Positions 38,579 through 49,750 of a DNA stretch of 56,667 bases are shown here, piece by piece. The stretch covers positions 62,001 to 118,667 of the forward strand of contig MEDY01000034.1 of assembly GCA_001724265.1 (NCBI GenBank). The letters run 5' to 3'. The stretch comes from Rhizaria sp. SCN 62-66 (lineage: Eukaryota). A program made the position numbers and the translations under genes. A model generated the notes under the pieces. That model did no database searches and was not told the DNA's origin. It saw only the letters and a list, made by a program, of their open reading frames with translations. The number at the start of each line of letters is the position of its first letter. Positions within the stretch are counted from its first letter, which is position 1.

Positions 38579-41500
38579 TCAACGGCGCGCGGCCTTCTTG
38601 AGCGCGTTGCCGGCCTTCTTGGCAACGCTCTTGTCAACCACGGTCTTGCCGCGGATGGTCTTGCCGTAGCCCTTGCCGGTATAGCCGTACTTGGATAGCA
38701 CGTCGAGGCGGGCGTCGCTGGCGGCCGTCTTGTTCACGCCCGAGCCCTCGAGCAGGTCGGCGAACTCCTCGGCCGACGCAAAGGTCGAGGCGCCGAACAT
38801 GCCCTCGTCGTCGCTGCCGTCGCCGTCGCTTTCCTGCTCGCCCGCCTCGTTGAGCAGCAGCCCCAGCTCGTCGTCAGTGTCGCTATCGTCGCCCTTCTTG
38901 CCCTTGCCCTTGCCCTTCTTGGCAGCAGCTTTCTTGCCCTTAGCGGCGGCGGGCTTCTTGCCCATCATCTCGGCCAGCGCGGCGGCCTCGTCCTCGTCGT
39001 CGTCGCTATCGGCGGCCTCGGCCTCGCTATCGTCGCTGCCCATCGCGCCGAAGGGGTTCTCGTCGTCATCCTCGTCGTCATCCTCGTCCTCATCCTCTCC
39101 CTCGTCGTCGTCGTCGAAAGCGCCCTTGGCGGTGAAGGCGGGGCGGGGGCGCTTGGCCTTAAACGAGCCCTCCTCCTCCTCTTCCTCCTCCTCGTCGTCG
39201 TCATCCATCTCAACCTCCTCGTCGTCCTCATCCTCGCCCTCGCCGTGCGCGAACATGTCGCCCTCGTCGCCGAAGTCGCCCTCGCCGCCGTCGCGCAGCC
39301 CGAAGATGTCCCCGTCGTCGCCCTCGTGGCCCAGCATGCCCCAGTCCGCGCCCGCCGCGTCGCCCTCGCCGTCCTCGTCGGGGAACTCCATCTCGATGTC
39401 GTCGAAGGTGCCGGGCGCGAACCCGCCCAGGTCGTCGTCGAGCGCAGTGCCCTTGCGCACGCTGCCGCCCGACATGCGAAGCATCTCCTTCTCCATTTCC
39501 TGCGCCACCCACGCGTCCTCGGCCTCCTCCTCGCTCATGCCCTTGCGCCAGGTGTTCTTGCCGCCCGACGCCACGCCCTGCGCCGCGAGCGTCTTGGCGC
39601 GCTCGCCCTGGTACTTTGTGATGAACTGCGAGTCCGCCGTCGCCATAGCCGCGACCGCCTTGGCCGAGGGCTGCTTCGCGCCCGCGGCGGCCTTTTTGCC
39701 CGTCGCCGCGGCCGCGGTCAGCAGCACCTTGGCCGCGGGTCGGTGCAGCGACGCCGGGCCCGTCATGGCGCGGCGCGCGGCGCGGTCCGCCGCCTTGGTC
39801 GACGCGAACGTCGCCTCCAGCGCGTCCTCCTCGTCGCCGTGCTTGCCGCCGGCGCCGGGCGCGGCCTTGGGCGCGCGGCGCACGAAACGGTTCAGGAAGG
39901 CGTTGCGCGAGAAGTCCTCAAGCGGGTTGCCGGTGTAGACGATGGCCTCGCCGCGGACGACGTGCGCCGCGAACATCGCCACCGAGGGGTGGTAGTGCCC
40001 AACCAGCGCCGAGAGCTCCCACAGCGCCGTCGCGCCCGCGCGCGCGTAGGTGGGGTCGCCCTCGCTGCCATCGTAGAGCTTCGCGGCGACCTTGCCCGTG
40101 ATGAAGGCCGACGCGGCGTCGGTCTTGACGCCAGAGTCCTCGTCGTCCGCGCCGCCGCGCTTACTAGAACTAGAGCTAGTAGCAGGAGTGGTGGCAGCGC
40201 TGGAGAGGTCGAGCGTGTCGACGCGGCGCGTGGCCTTGGCGATGACTGGCTGCGCCTTGCCGATCTCGTAGATGAGGAAGATGGACGCGCACGCAAAGGC
40301 GGGCGTGGCCTGCAGCGCGACCTGCAGCAGGCGCTTGGTGAAGGCCACCACGCGCGCCGGGTTCGAGTCGGCCTTCATCGTCTTGAAGAGCAGGTTCATG
40401 AAGAGCATGGTCTTGCTCGTCGTCAGCAGCTCGGGGTTCACGATCGCCTTGTACAGCACGCTGTAGAAGCGCGTCTCGATGCTCTCGCGCACCAGCATGA
40501 TCTGGTGCAGCAGCACCAGCGCCTGGACCACGACGGAGAAGTAGCCCTGCCCACCCGCGGCGTCTTGCGTGGCGGCGACGTCGAAGAGCGCGGCCGCGTG
40601 CTCCTCAAGCACCTTGTCCACGGCCGCCACGTCCGCGCCCGCCTCAGCGTTGCGCGCGAACGGGAACGCGCGGTTCACACCCGTCAGCAGCGCGCCGAGC
40701 ATCTTCTTCGATAGCCCAGCGTCGGTGTCCTCGGCCTTGAGCTCGCCTGAGGAGAGCGCGATGCGGGTCGCCACCTTGGACTTGTTGGCGCTCGTGGCGC
40801 CGCGCTTGTCCTTGTTGTGCTTGTCCGACGCGCGCTGCTTGCGGTCCAACGCGGCGTCCTTCGTCTTGTCCTTCTTTACCGGCACTGCGGGGCCGTCGCG
40901 GATCAGGTTGGCGGCCAGGAGCTTGAACAGCGAGAAGTAGATACCGATCAGGGCCTGGGAGCAGAATAAAGAAACAAAAAAACCACGAAATCAAAAATAT
41001 ATGTGAGTTGAATGAAAATAATATATATCCAGATACAAAGACGATAAACACGAGATCGAAGCAAAGAAGTGAAAATGACATACCTGAGCGAGGAGGTAGT
41101 CTCCGGGGCGGAAGATGAGCTGGTTCATGAAGCATAGCGCAAAGTACTGCGCGCGCGGCTTAACATGAGGGCGGAACAGCAGGCGCTCGACCTCCTTGAC
41201 GACGGCGATGGTCATCCCGGGGTTCTTGTCCAGCAGCTGTGAGAGCAGGAAGTGGACCTTGGCGGCGACCTTGCGGTCAGAGTCGCCGAGCTTGTTCACG
41301 AGCATGCCCATCAGCTTCTCCTCCGCCTCAGGCCGGTCGCACAGCAGCTCGTACGCCGCGTTCAGCCGCGCGCGCTTGACGTGGGCCAGCGCGTCGAACA
41401 TGCCGTTCTCGAGCACCTCGAGGAACTGCGCATAGCGCGCCTTGATGCCGTCCTCGAGGTACCACAGCGCCAGCAGCGCCGGCGGCGGCAGCGTCAGGAA

Positions 41501-42130
41501 CGGGTGGCCCGCGGGCAGCGGCGTCTGCTGCGGGTGCTGCGTGTAGTACGCGTACGTCGCGGCCCACGGCTGCGTCAGGAACGTCTTGAGGCGCCGGTTG
41601 CGCGGCAGCAGCTCGTTGTGGAAGGCGTCCTTGAGCGCGTCGATCGCGAGCGTGCTCTCGCGGCGGCCCTGCTTCTTCGCGATCGCAAGCAGCGAGTCGA
41701 CAAAGCGCAGCGCCTGGTAGGGCGCGTTCTTGATCTGCAGCGACAGCGCCGAGATCTTATCGGCGATGGTGCCGCTTGTGAGCATCTGGTCGATCCAGCG
41801 CACGTTGGCGCGCCGCAGCGTCGTCTGCGACTGCGCCGTGATGTAGTCCGCCAGCGCGGCCTCGGCGCGGCCCTTGAGGTGCTCGGCCGTCACGTACGTC
41901 GGCGCGGGGGCCGCCGCTGCGGCATCGCGGGCCGCGCGCGCGGAGGCCTTGGTGGCGGTGGCGGCGAGCGCAGCTGAGGCGAGCTTGAGGTTTGACGACT
42001 CGGGCGTGAGGTGGGCGTCCTCGTACCACTTAGGGGCGTCGAGGAACGCTGTAACGTCGGCGGAAGCCGACTTGGACGCCGCGGCAGCCGCCTCTTGGTG
42101 TTTAGCCGAGGAAGCGAACTTGCTGCTCAT
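38579..42130 (-). CDS. CEBPZ: CEBPZ/Noc1/Mak21 ribosome-biogenesis protein (CBF domain), ~1140 aa, 2 exons
   Basis: Exon 1 is 42130-41084, intron 41083-40955 (GTATGT...CCCAG), exon 2 is 40954-38579 ending in TGA. Motifs: SGTIADKISAL, LVNKLGDSDRKVAAK, RAQYFALCFMNQ, LGALLTGVNRAFPF, LWELSALVGHYHPSV, YTGNPLEDFS, FASAEEFADLL, plus an acidic tail. Confidence 0.92.
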
Positions 42131-43034
42131 CTGTGGGAGGGTAATGAGCAGGGACAGATTGACGGGCGCAAGACAAGGGCCCAGAGGTGAGGAAAATCGA
42201 GACAGTAGTGGGGATAATTATAGAATTAAATAGGATAGCGTGTGTTCCTTTACGGCAAATCATTTCTGTGCATATTGACGCTAAGAAGCGGCTGTGCGAG
42301 ACACTTTCCGCGAGGGTCCCATGACGCCGGTCCGCACGGCAGACAGAGCAGACTGTGGGAGCTCACCAGTCGACCAGTCAGATTGGCTCGATCGAGACTC
42401 AACTGGGACCCGCTCTCGCTGGGCGACTTGCAAGTTAAGCCGCTGCGGTCAGCGACGAAAAGTTTTTGTATCTCGCCGAAACGAACGTCAATGGGGCTCT
42501 AATTTGAAAGCGCGTCTCTCCTGTCTTTGTCGTATTTTGCCATAACGTTGTTTTTTAAACAAACGATGCGGGGCGCGAGATAGACAGGGTCTCCTGAGCG
42601 GGTCGGGTCACACTCCACCTCACCTCGTTCACACCGCCTTTCGGCTTTGCCACCGCCGCGCAGCAATGCTTTCGTCGCATTTCTGTCTTGCTCAAGCCTA
42701 CATCCCTGGCGCGTCTTCTGCCTTGTGCACCCATATCCGACTTTCGGAACTTCTTTGTGCCTTTCTCGTTGCGAAACGCTGTCTCAGGTGCCTCGTTTCA
42801 ACTCCCCTCACTCCTTGCTTCCTCATCCGCTCTCTCGCCTTTTGCTCCAGAACCTGACTTTTTCTCGCTCCCGCGCAACGTCGGCCCACCGCACACGCTG
42901 TTTTGTGGCTCACTTTGCGACCCTGCAACCCTCCGCTCGGTTTGTTGCTTCCCTCGAAAGGCCCTGCTTGCTGAAGATCGCGCTCTAACCGCTCCCTCGA
43001 GGTTTCGCTCACGCTCTCGCTCCCCACAGCCCTG

Positions 43035-44585
43035 ATGCAGCAGTACTCCGCGGTGCCCGGCGCGCTGCACCAGTCTTTTTCCCTTGCCCGTGCCGCGACC
43101 CCCGGCGGCGCGCAGCACCTGCACTCGCACCCTCACGCAGGCGCCTCCTACCAGCAGCAGCAGCAGCAGCAGGTCTTCTCCCCGTCCCCCGCGTCGTCGG
43201 CCGGCACGGGCCCCGGGATGCTGTCCCCGCCCGTCGGCCTGCACGCGCACCACGCGCACCTCCACGGCCACGGCCACCACGCTGCGCACGGCCACGCGTA
43301 CTACGGCAACCCCAACAACACGACCGCGGCGGCTGGCATGGGTCACCACGCGCCTGCGCCCGCCATGGTGCCCACCACCTCGGCGATCCCGCTCGGCGCC
43401 TCGGTCAACGCGTCCTTCTCCACGCCCTACGCCGCCTCGGTCCCGGCTCCCGCCCCCGCCTCTACTATGGGCACGGGCGCGGGCACCGTGAGCTACATGG
43501 GCGAGCTCTCCAACGGCGCCATGCACGGCCAGGGCATCCTGCTCTACCAGTCGGGCGTCCGCTACGAGGGTTCCTTTGTCAACGGTAAGCGCCACGGGCC
43601 CGGCAAGATGCTCTACCCCGTCTTCGCCTCGGCCGCCGGGTCCGCTGAGGCCGCCGCCGCCGCCGCCGCTGCCGTGGCCGCCGGCGCCGACAAGGACGCC
43701 CCGATCGGCTACACGATCGTCTCGGGCATGTTCCAGGACGACGAGCTGGTGGGCGACGGCACGGTGGTGTACCCCGACGGCGAGCGCTACGTGGGCGCCA
43801 TCTCCGAGGGCCGCATGCACGGCCTGGGCACCTACTACTACAAGAACGGCGACCGGCACGTGGGCCAGTGGGCCAACGGGCTGCGCTATGGACACGGCAC
43901 CATGGTCTTCGCGGCTACGGCGAGCACGGGCGAGGAGAAGTACGAGGGCGAGTGGAAGGCGGACCGCATGGACGGCGCGGGCAAGTACTTCCACGCCGAC
44001 GGCTCCGTCTACGAGGGCGAGTGGGCCGACGGCAAGATGCACGGCAAGGGCAAGTTCTACTACGCCAACGGCAACCAGTACGACGGGCAGTTCGCCTTCG
44101 ACCTTAAGCACGGCTGGGGCGAGCTCGTGTATGCCAAGGGCGGACGCTACCGCGGCGCGTGGGTCAACGACGTGGCCGAGGGCCAGGGCGAGGTCGTGTA
44201 CGACGGGGGTGAAGTCTACACAGGCTCCTTCACGGCCGGGCTTAAGTCGGGCCCCGGCGAGCTGGTGTTCAAGAACGGCGACCGGCTGCAGGGAACGTGG
44301 CAGCAGGACCTGCTCGTAGGCAAGGGCCGCATGGTTTACGCCGCCTCTGGCAACGTCTACGAGGGCGACTTCGACAACGATGTGCGTCACGGCGACGGCA
44401 CGCTGCTCGAGGCCGCCACGGGCGTGCGCTACGAGGGCAAGTGGCGCAACGGGCGCCGCCACGGGCTGGGCGCGCTCTACTTTCCCGACGGCGCCATCGC
44501 CAGCGGCGAATGGAAGGAGGGCCGCCCCGTCACACTGCAGTACACGCTCGCGCCCGCCTCACAGTGGCTCGACCCTGACTTCTAA
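43035..44585 (+). CDS. MORN-repeat protein (516 aa) with His/Gln/Ala-rich N-terminus
   Basis: More than ten YxGxWxxGxxHGxG-type repeats (e.g. YEGEWADGKMHGKGKFYYANG). Single exon, TAA stop. Confidence 0.9.
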   Translation: MQQYSAVPGALHQSFSLARAATPGGAQHLHSHPHAGASYQQQQQQQVFSPSPASSAGTGPGMLSPPVGLHAHHAHLHGHGHHAAHGHAYYGNPNNTTAAAGMGHHAPAPAMVPTTSAIPLGASVNASFSTPYAASVPAPAPASTMGTGAGTVSYMGELSNGAMHGQGILLYQSGVRYEGSFVNGKRHGPGKMLYPVFASAAGSAEAAAAAAAAVAAGADKDAPIGYTIVSGMFQDDELVGDGTVVYPDGERYVGAISEGRMHGLGTYYYKNGDRHVGQWANGLRYGHGTMVFAATASTGEEKYEGEWKADRMDGAGKYFHADGSVYEGEWADGKMHGKGKFYYANGNQYDGQFAFDLKHGWGELVYAKGGRYRGAWVNDVAEGQGEVVYDGGEVYTGSFTAGLKSGPGELVFKNGDRLQGTWQQDLLVGKGRMVYAASGNVYEGDFDNDVRHGDGTLLEAATGVRYEGKWRNGRRHGLGALYFPDGAIASGEWKEGRPVTLQYTLAPASQWLDPDF

Positions 44586-45114
44586 GGGGGCGCATGGACT
44601 GTACTTCGATAGCCACTACAGTGTGGCTCAGTCACTACAGTGTGGCTCTGTCCGTGTGGCCAGAGTTTTAGTAAGTAAGTCTCTTTGTTTTGCTGTAAGC
44701 TATAAGCTGTAAGCAAGCTCGTCGTTGAGCTTGCTCTTTTTCTTGTTGGTTTAGTTTGCTTGTTCTGTCCTGTCTTGTTTTCAACTATGATCAATATTGT
44801 AGCTCTTTTGTGGAGTAAGCTGCGTATATATGAATTCGCTTACGACCCCATCATTCTTAGTAAATGAAAACGTAATACAAATACAAAATGCAACTGTAAT
44901 AATCAACGGCACCACGAACAAAGCATAGTTTGGAGATTGCGGAATTTGCTTTGCTTGCGTTGTCAATGTTGTTATCTAATTGTATTTTCTATGTAATTCA
45001 TCCTATAAACGAAACAAACATCATTCAGCTCTACTCAAATCTGACCGTCACACAGTGACATACGAGTTATTGCACCTTACTCTTGGAAGTACAACTCTTG
45101 TTTTAGAACCCAAC

Positions 45115-46200
45115 TTAGTCGAAAAGCGAGCTGGATGTGTTGCCGCTCTCCTTCTGGATGTAGGCCGCGAAGTCGAACCCGTCCGCGCCCGCGTCCGCGC
45201 CCGCGTCACCACTACCGCCGGCGCTGCCGCCGAGCATCGCGAACAGGTCGTCGTCGACGGCCGCCGCGGGCGCCGCGGGCTTGGCCTTGGGCGCAACCGC
45301 CGTCGCAGTTGCAGTCGCGGGGGCGCTCGCGGCGGAGAGCACGGAGAACTTGCCCAGGTCCTCGCCGTTCTCGGCGGCGTTGAGCGCGGAGGCCGTCTCG
45401 GCGGTGTCCTTGGCGACGGCCATGTCGCCCTCGCCGCGCGCCTCGGCCGCGCCCGACGGGATGAACACGCTGCCCAGGCCCCGGCCGGCGTCGTCCAGCC
45501 CCGACTGTGCCGTGGTCGTCGTGGCCGCGGCAGCGCGGGCGGCGCGGGTTGCGGCGGCGGCGGAAGCGGCCGACTTGGCCGAGGCGTCGTCGTCGTCGTC
45601 GTCGAAGAGGGAGGAGAACTGGGTGTGCTTGGGCTGGGCAACGGGAATGATGGGCTTGGAGGTGCCGAAGAAGCTGTCGACGTCGTCGTCCTCGTCGTTG
45701 TCGTCCTTCTTTGCAGCCTTCTTGGGGGTAGCCTCGGCAGCAGTAGCAGGCGCAGCGTCAGTCTTGGCAGCAGCGGTGGCGTCGGGGTCGGCGCCGGCGT
45801 CGCCCTTGGCGGCCTGCTTCGCGGTAAGCGCGGCCATGCGCGCGGCGGCCACTGCGACGGCGTCTGCGTCGGCCTGCGCGTGTGCCTGCTTCATTGCAGT
45901 CAGCTGCCCCTCGCGGTCGAGCTTGAACTTGGCGACCTCAGCGGCCAGCGCGGCCTCGTCCGCCTCGTCCGCGCCATCGTCGTCAAACAGGGACGTCTTG
46001 GTCACGGGGCGCCGGCGCGCGCCGCCGAAGAGGTCCGTGTCCACGGCGGCCGCGGTGGCGGCGGCGTCGGCCTGCTTCAGCAGAGACACGGTGTCCACGA
46101 CCTCGCCCGCAGCAGCGCGGGACGACGGCGCCGGGGCCGCGGAGTCGTCTGCGGCGGTGGCAGCAAGCGCGCGGAGTGGGTCAATGTCGGTGCTGGACAT
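45115..46200 (-). CDS. Acidic disordered protein (361 aa) with repeated LF-D/E motifs; C-terminus resembles the HS1BP3 tail
   Basis: ATG at 46200 (MSSTDIDPL). Motifs DLFGG, SLFDDD (twice), SFFGT, DDDLFAML, and C-terminal FDFAAYIQKESGNTSSSLFD. TAA stop. Confidence 0.65.
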   Translation of the reverse strand: MSSTDIDPLRALAATAADDSAAPAPSSRAAAGEVVDTVSLLKQADAAATAAAVDTDLFGGARRRPVTKTSLFDDDGADEADEAALAAEVAKFKLDREGQLTAMKQAHAQADADAVAVAAARMAALTAKQAAKGDAGADPDATAAAKTDAAPATAAEATPKKAAKKDDNDEDDDVDSFFGTSKPIIPVAQPKHTQFSSLFDDDDDDASAKSAASAAAATRAARAAAATTTTAQSGLDDAGRGLGSVFIPSGAAEARGEGDMAVAKDTAETASALNAAENGEDLGKFSVLSAASAPATATATAVAPKAKPAAPAAAVDDDLFAMLGGSAGGSGDAGADAGADGFDFAAYIQKESGNTSSSLFD

Positions 46201-46717
46201 GGGTAGGACTGTGGGGGCGGGAACAGAAGGGACAGTGAAGGAGGTCAGCAACGACCTGACAGAACAGTGATTATAGAAAACTACAGATATTTCCGGGATT
46301 GATTCAGGCTAGAGATGCACCGAAACATAAAATATACTCAGATGCTGTTAAAATCCGCTAACGACAAAATAAATCTTGTTGACGATGTAGATATGAAGCT
46401 ACCGATTCGCAAAGTCAGACGACAAAAATGGTGGTGGATCTGGCGTGGGGACTCGGCCCAGCCGCACTCTGGGGCCGCAACAAAAGTCTTCGAAAGTCGT
46501 CCTAACGGTTGCAGCAGATGATTTTATTAAGGCAGCGTTTAATTTATGAATTATCATACACTAACGTCTTTGTATCAAGACTGCTGACGATCAATCTGCC
46601 CTACACTTCCTCACTTCCGTCGCCGCTTCGACTTTCGTTTGCGCTCTCTCTTGCCGTGCGCTTCTGCCCCTCACACTGTCCACGCTCTTGCTCCATATCG
46701 TTCGCAGTGCTGTAGCG

Positions 46718-48797
46718 ATGTGGACAGCCAGCGGCCTCTTCCGTGGAAGCCCCGCTGTCGCTGCTGCTGCTCGCGCGACGACTGGCGCCGCGCGCACCGC
46801 CTTCTCCACCTTCGCTCTCGCCGTGCCCTCGAGCTCCCTCGCGCACTGCAACGCCACCAGCAGCAGTCGCTCTCTGAGCTCGAGCTCCTCCACTCGCTCT
46901 GCCGCTGTTAATGCCGCTGTGCCGCATGCGGCTGTGTCGGCGCGTCACTTCAGCATGGGCTCGCGCAAGAAGCTCAAGCTCTCGGACACGATGTTCCGCG
47001 CGCGCCAGCGCACCACCCGCATTACCCCCGCTGACGGCAACGGCACTAACACGACCGCAAACAGTCGCAGCCCTGGCACGAGTGCGGGCGCGGGCGCGAA
47101 GCCGGTGTTCCCGGTGGACTTCCCCGCCGACATCGACCTCTCGAACCCGGCGGGCCTGTCGGTCTCGCAGCTCCAGCGCCTCCAGGAGTACATGAAGGCG
47201 AACCCCCAGCTCGCCGCGGCCGCCGCCGCTTCCGCCGCGGGCCCCGCGCCGGCCAAGGTGACGATCCCGAAGCGCCGCGCGGTGACGCTGCCGAACCTCT
47301 CGTCGCGCGGCCCCCCCGCGCGCTCGCTCCGCGGCTTCGTCGACGAGGCATCGGGCGTGACGCTCGGGTTCGGCCCCGCGATGGCGCCCGAGAACATCCA
47401 GCAGATCACGGAAAAGATGCTCGGCTCCGAGGCCACGGCTGAGCTCATGGGCCACTCCGCCGCGGAGGTGCTCGACGACCCGCGCGACGCGGTGACGCTG
47501 GAGAACTACCTCGAGAACGAGATGCCGTACATCACAGAGGACGGCCGCTTCGTGGACCCGGGCGCCAAGTTCGACGGCGAGCTCTCTATGAAGGAGAACC
47601 CCATCGACACGCCCGACCGCATTGAGCTGCCGGCGCGCCCGCTGCCGCCGCCGCACCAGCTGCCGCCGCCAGAGCTCACGCCCGCGATGGCGGCTGCGAG
47701 GCCCCCGTTCAGCGTGCTCATGGGCGACCTGCCGTTCCCGGAGGACCTGCCCGACCAGCCCTACGCGCTGCGCGTGTGCGTGCTGGGCACGCCCAACTCG
47801 GGCAAGTCCGTGCTCACCAACACCATCACGCGCGCGCACATCTCGGCCGTGTCGCAAAAGCGCAACACCACCCGCCGCCAGATCCTCGGCGTCCTCACCG
47901 AGGCAAACACGCAGGTACGTACGCATCAACATCAGTTGACTTGATGAACAAAGAGCGAGTCTTCTTGGAAATATATTTCACCGATGTGCTTTTATATGTT
48001 TATTTCGTCTCGTTCATCTAAAGCTTAAGCGATAACCTCACATATCTTGTGCTTTTTTGACGAAATCACGTTTGTTTCTTTAGGTGACCCTGTACGACAC
48101 GCCGGGCATCAACGAGATCAAGGAGGCGAAGCAGTATCAGCGCGAGCTGGCGACCGAGGCGTGGGACGCCGTGGCCGAGGCGGACATGGCGCTCGTGGTG
48201 CTGGACGCCGCCAAGCGCCTCGCGGGGCCTGAGCTGTTCATGCTGCACAAGGCCAACGAGGTGGCGCAGGCCAACCCAGCGCTGCGACTCGTGCTCATCC
48301 TCAACAAAGTCGACCTGGTGGAGCCCAAGGCGAAGCTGCTGGAGCTGCTCTCGCGCGTGTCGCCGCTGGCGCCTTTCACGGACTGCTTCATGATCTCCGC
48401 GCTGACGGGCGACGGCGTGGCGGACGTGGAGAACTATCTCTTCAACAACGCCGTGGCGCGCGAGTGGGAGCATGACGCAGAGGCTAGCACCGACATGAGC
48501 GAGCAGGAGGTTGCGCAGGAGCTCGTCCGCGAGGTCCTGTTCCAGCGGCTCAACGAGGAGATCCCCTATGCCGTCGAGCAGGAAGTCATGGCCTGGGAGG
48601 TCCTGCGCAACGGCTCGATCCGGCTCGACATCAAGCTCGTGGTGCGCCGCGAGCAGCACCGCATTATCATCCTGGGCAGCGAGAACGCGACACTGCACGC
48701 CATGATCAAGCAGGCCGAGTTCAAGCTCCGGCAACAGTTCAAGCGGCCTGTGCACGTGTACTTCCGGGTCCACGTCAACGAGAGCAAGTCGCACTGA
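46718..48797 (+). CDS. ERAL1: Era-like GTPase (mitochondrial ERAL1 type), ~636 aa, 2 exons
   Basis: Exon 1 is 46718-47914, intron 47915-48083 (GTACGT...TTTAG), exon 2 is 48084-48797 ending in TGA. G1 GTPNSGKS, G2 SQKRNTTR, G3 DTPG, G4 NKVD, G5 ISA, KH-region EEIPY. N-terminus is presequence-like. Confidence 0.9.
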
Positions 48798-49750
48798 ACA
48801 ATGGACACTGAGTCGCACCGAGCAACGAGTCAGAGCTGGCTCGAGTAACGAAAACAAGCGTATTTGGCGATGTTATGTGCTGGATATGGCCAGGAAGGGT
48901 TAAGAATTGCTATTTATTGTGTATTTTCGATATTTTTGTGTGATAAATGTGTCCATACGACAGCGACAATAGTAATCTTGCTTTGGGTCAGGATGGAAAA
49001 CAATAAAAACATTTGTTTCATGTAAAACTACTTTGTTATGATAATAAAATAATCAATATAGTGACTTGGATATTTTCGAATTTTAATAAAAGTATTTTCA
49101 TTTCCGGCGATCAAAAATTTGATCGTCTGAAATCGAAACGAAAATTCCCGAAGTATCCTCATGCACTTCAAGTGGGATTGACATTTTAATGAGTAGAAAA
49201 TGGCAAATTGAAGGGATAAACGTGCTATTTTCAAAATGTAAATATATAATTACACAAATAATGTTTGATTGCTATTTTTATTACATGAGTAACTTGTTGT
49301 ATAAGTGTATTCTTCGATTTGTGACTTGTAGCAACGTGTCTCGAAGCATAATTGAAGCCACAGATAAGAAATGCGCTTCAGTTAGTTTGAACGATAACTG
49401 TAGCAGTTTACCACAGACAAACATCATTATATTCAAAAATTGTATTGTTTCACTACGTTTTAGTGGCTTTATGAGCATGCTAAGCGGAACAAAAGTTCAC
49501 GTAAAATGCAGGTAAAAACAACATGCATAGGGCACATAAAAGCAACTTTGAAAAAAAAGATGTATTAAGATATAGTTGAAGACTAATGTAACATGTCTGT
49601 AACGTAAGCACAAGATGATGACCGTGCAAAGTGATGCGCACTTATCAAGTCACTATTCACGCACGCTTTCCCGGGGGGACGCTTTCCACCTATCATGCCA
49701 ATAAACCGACTACGGTTGATTGAAAGAGAAAGAGATTCGGGGCTATCGCC

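Noticed and set aside
42242-42543. Possible upstream coding exon for CEBPZ (minus-strand ATG 42543, includes a TAG)
   Set aside because: No codon bias, homology or consensus donor; not counted among the TAG evidence.
48800-49750. Short ORFs in the AT-rich gap between Era and MED18
   Set aside because: Composition matches convergent 3' UTR or intergenic DNA, with no recognisable protein or RNA motif.
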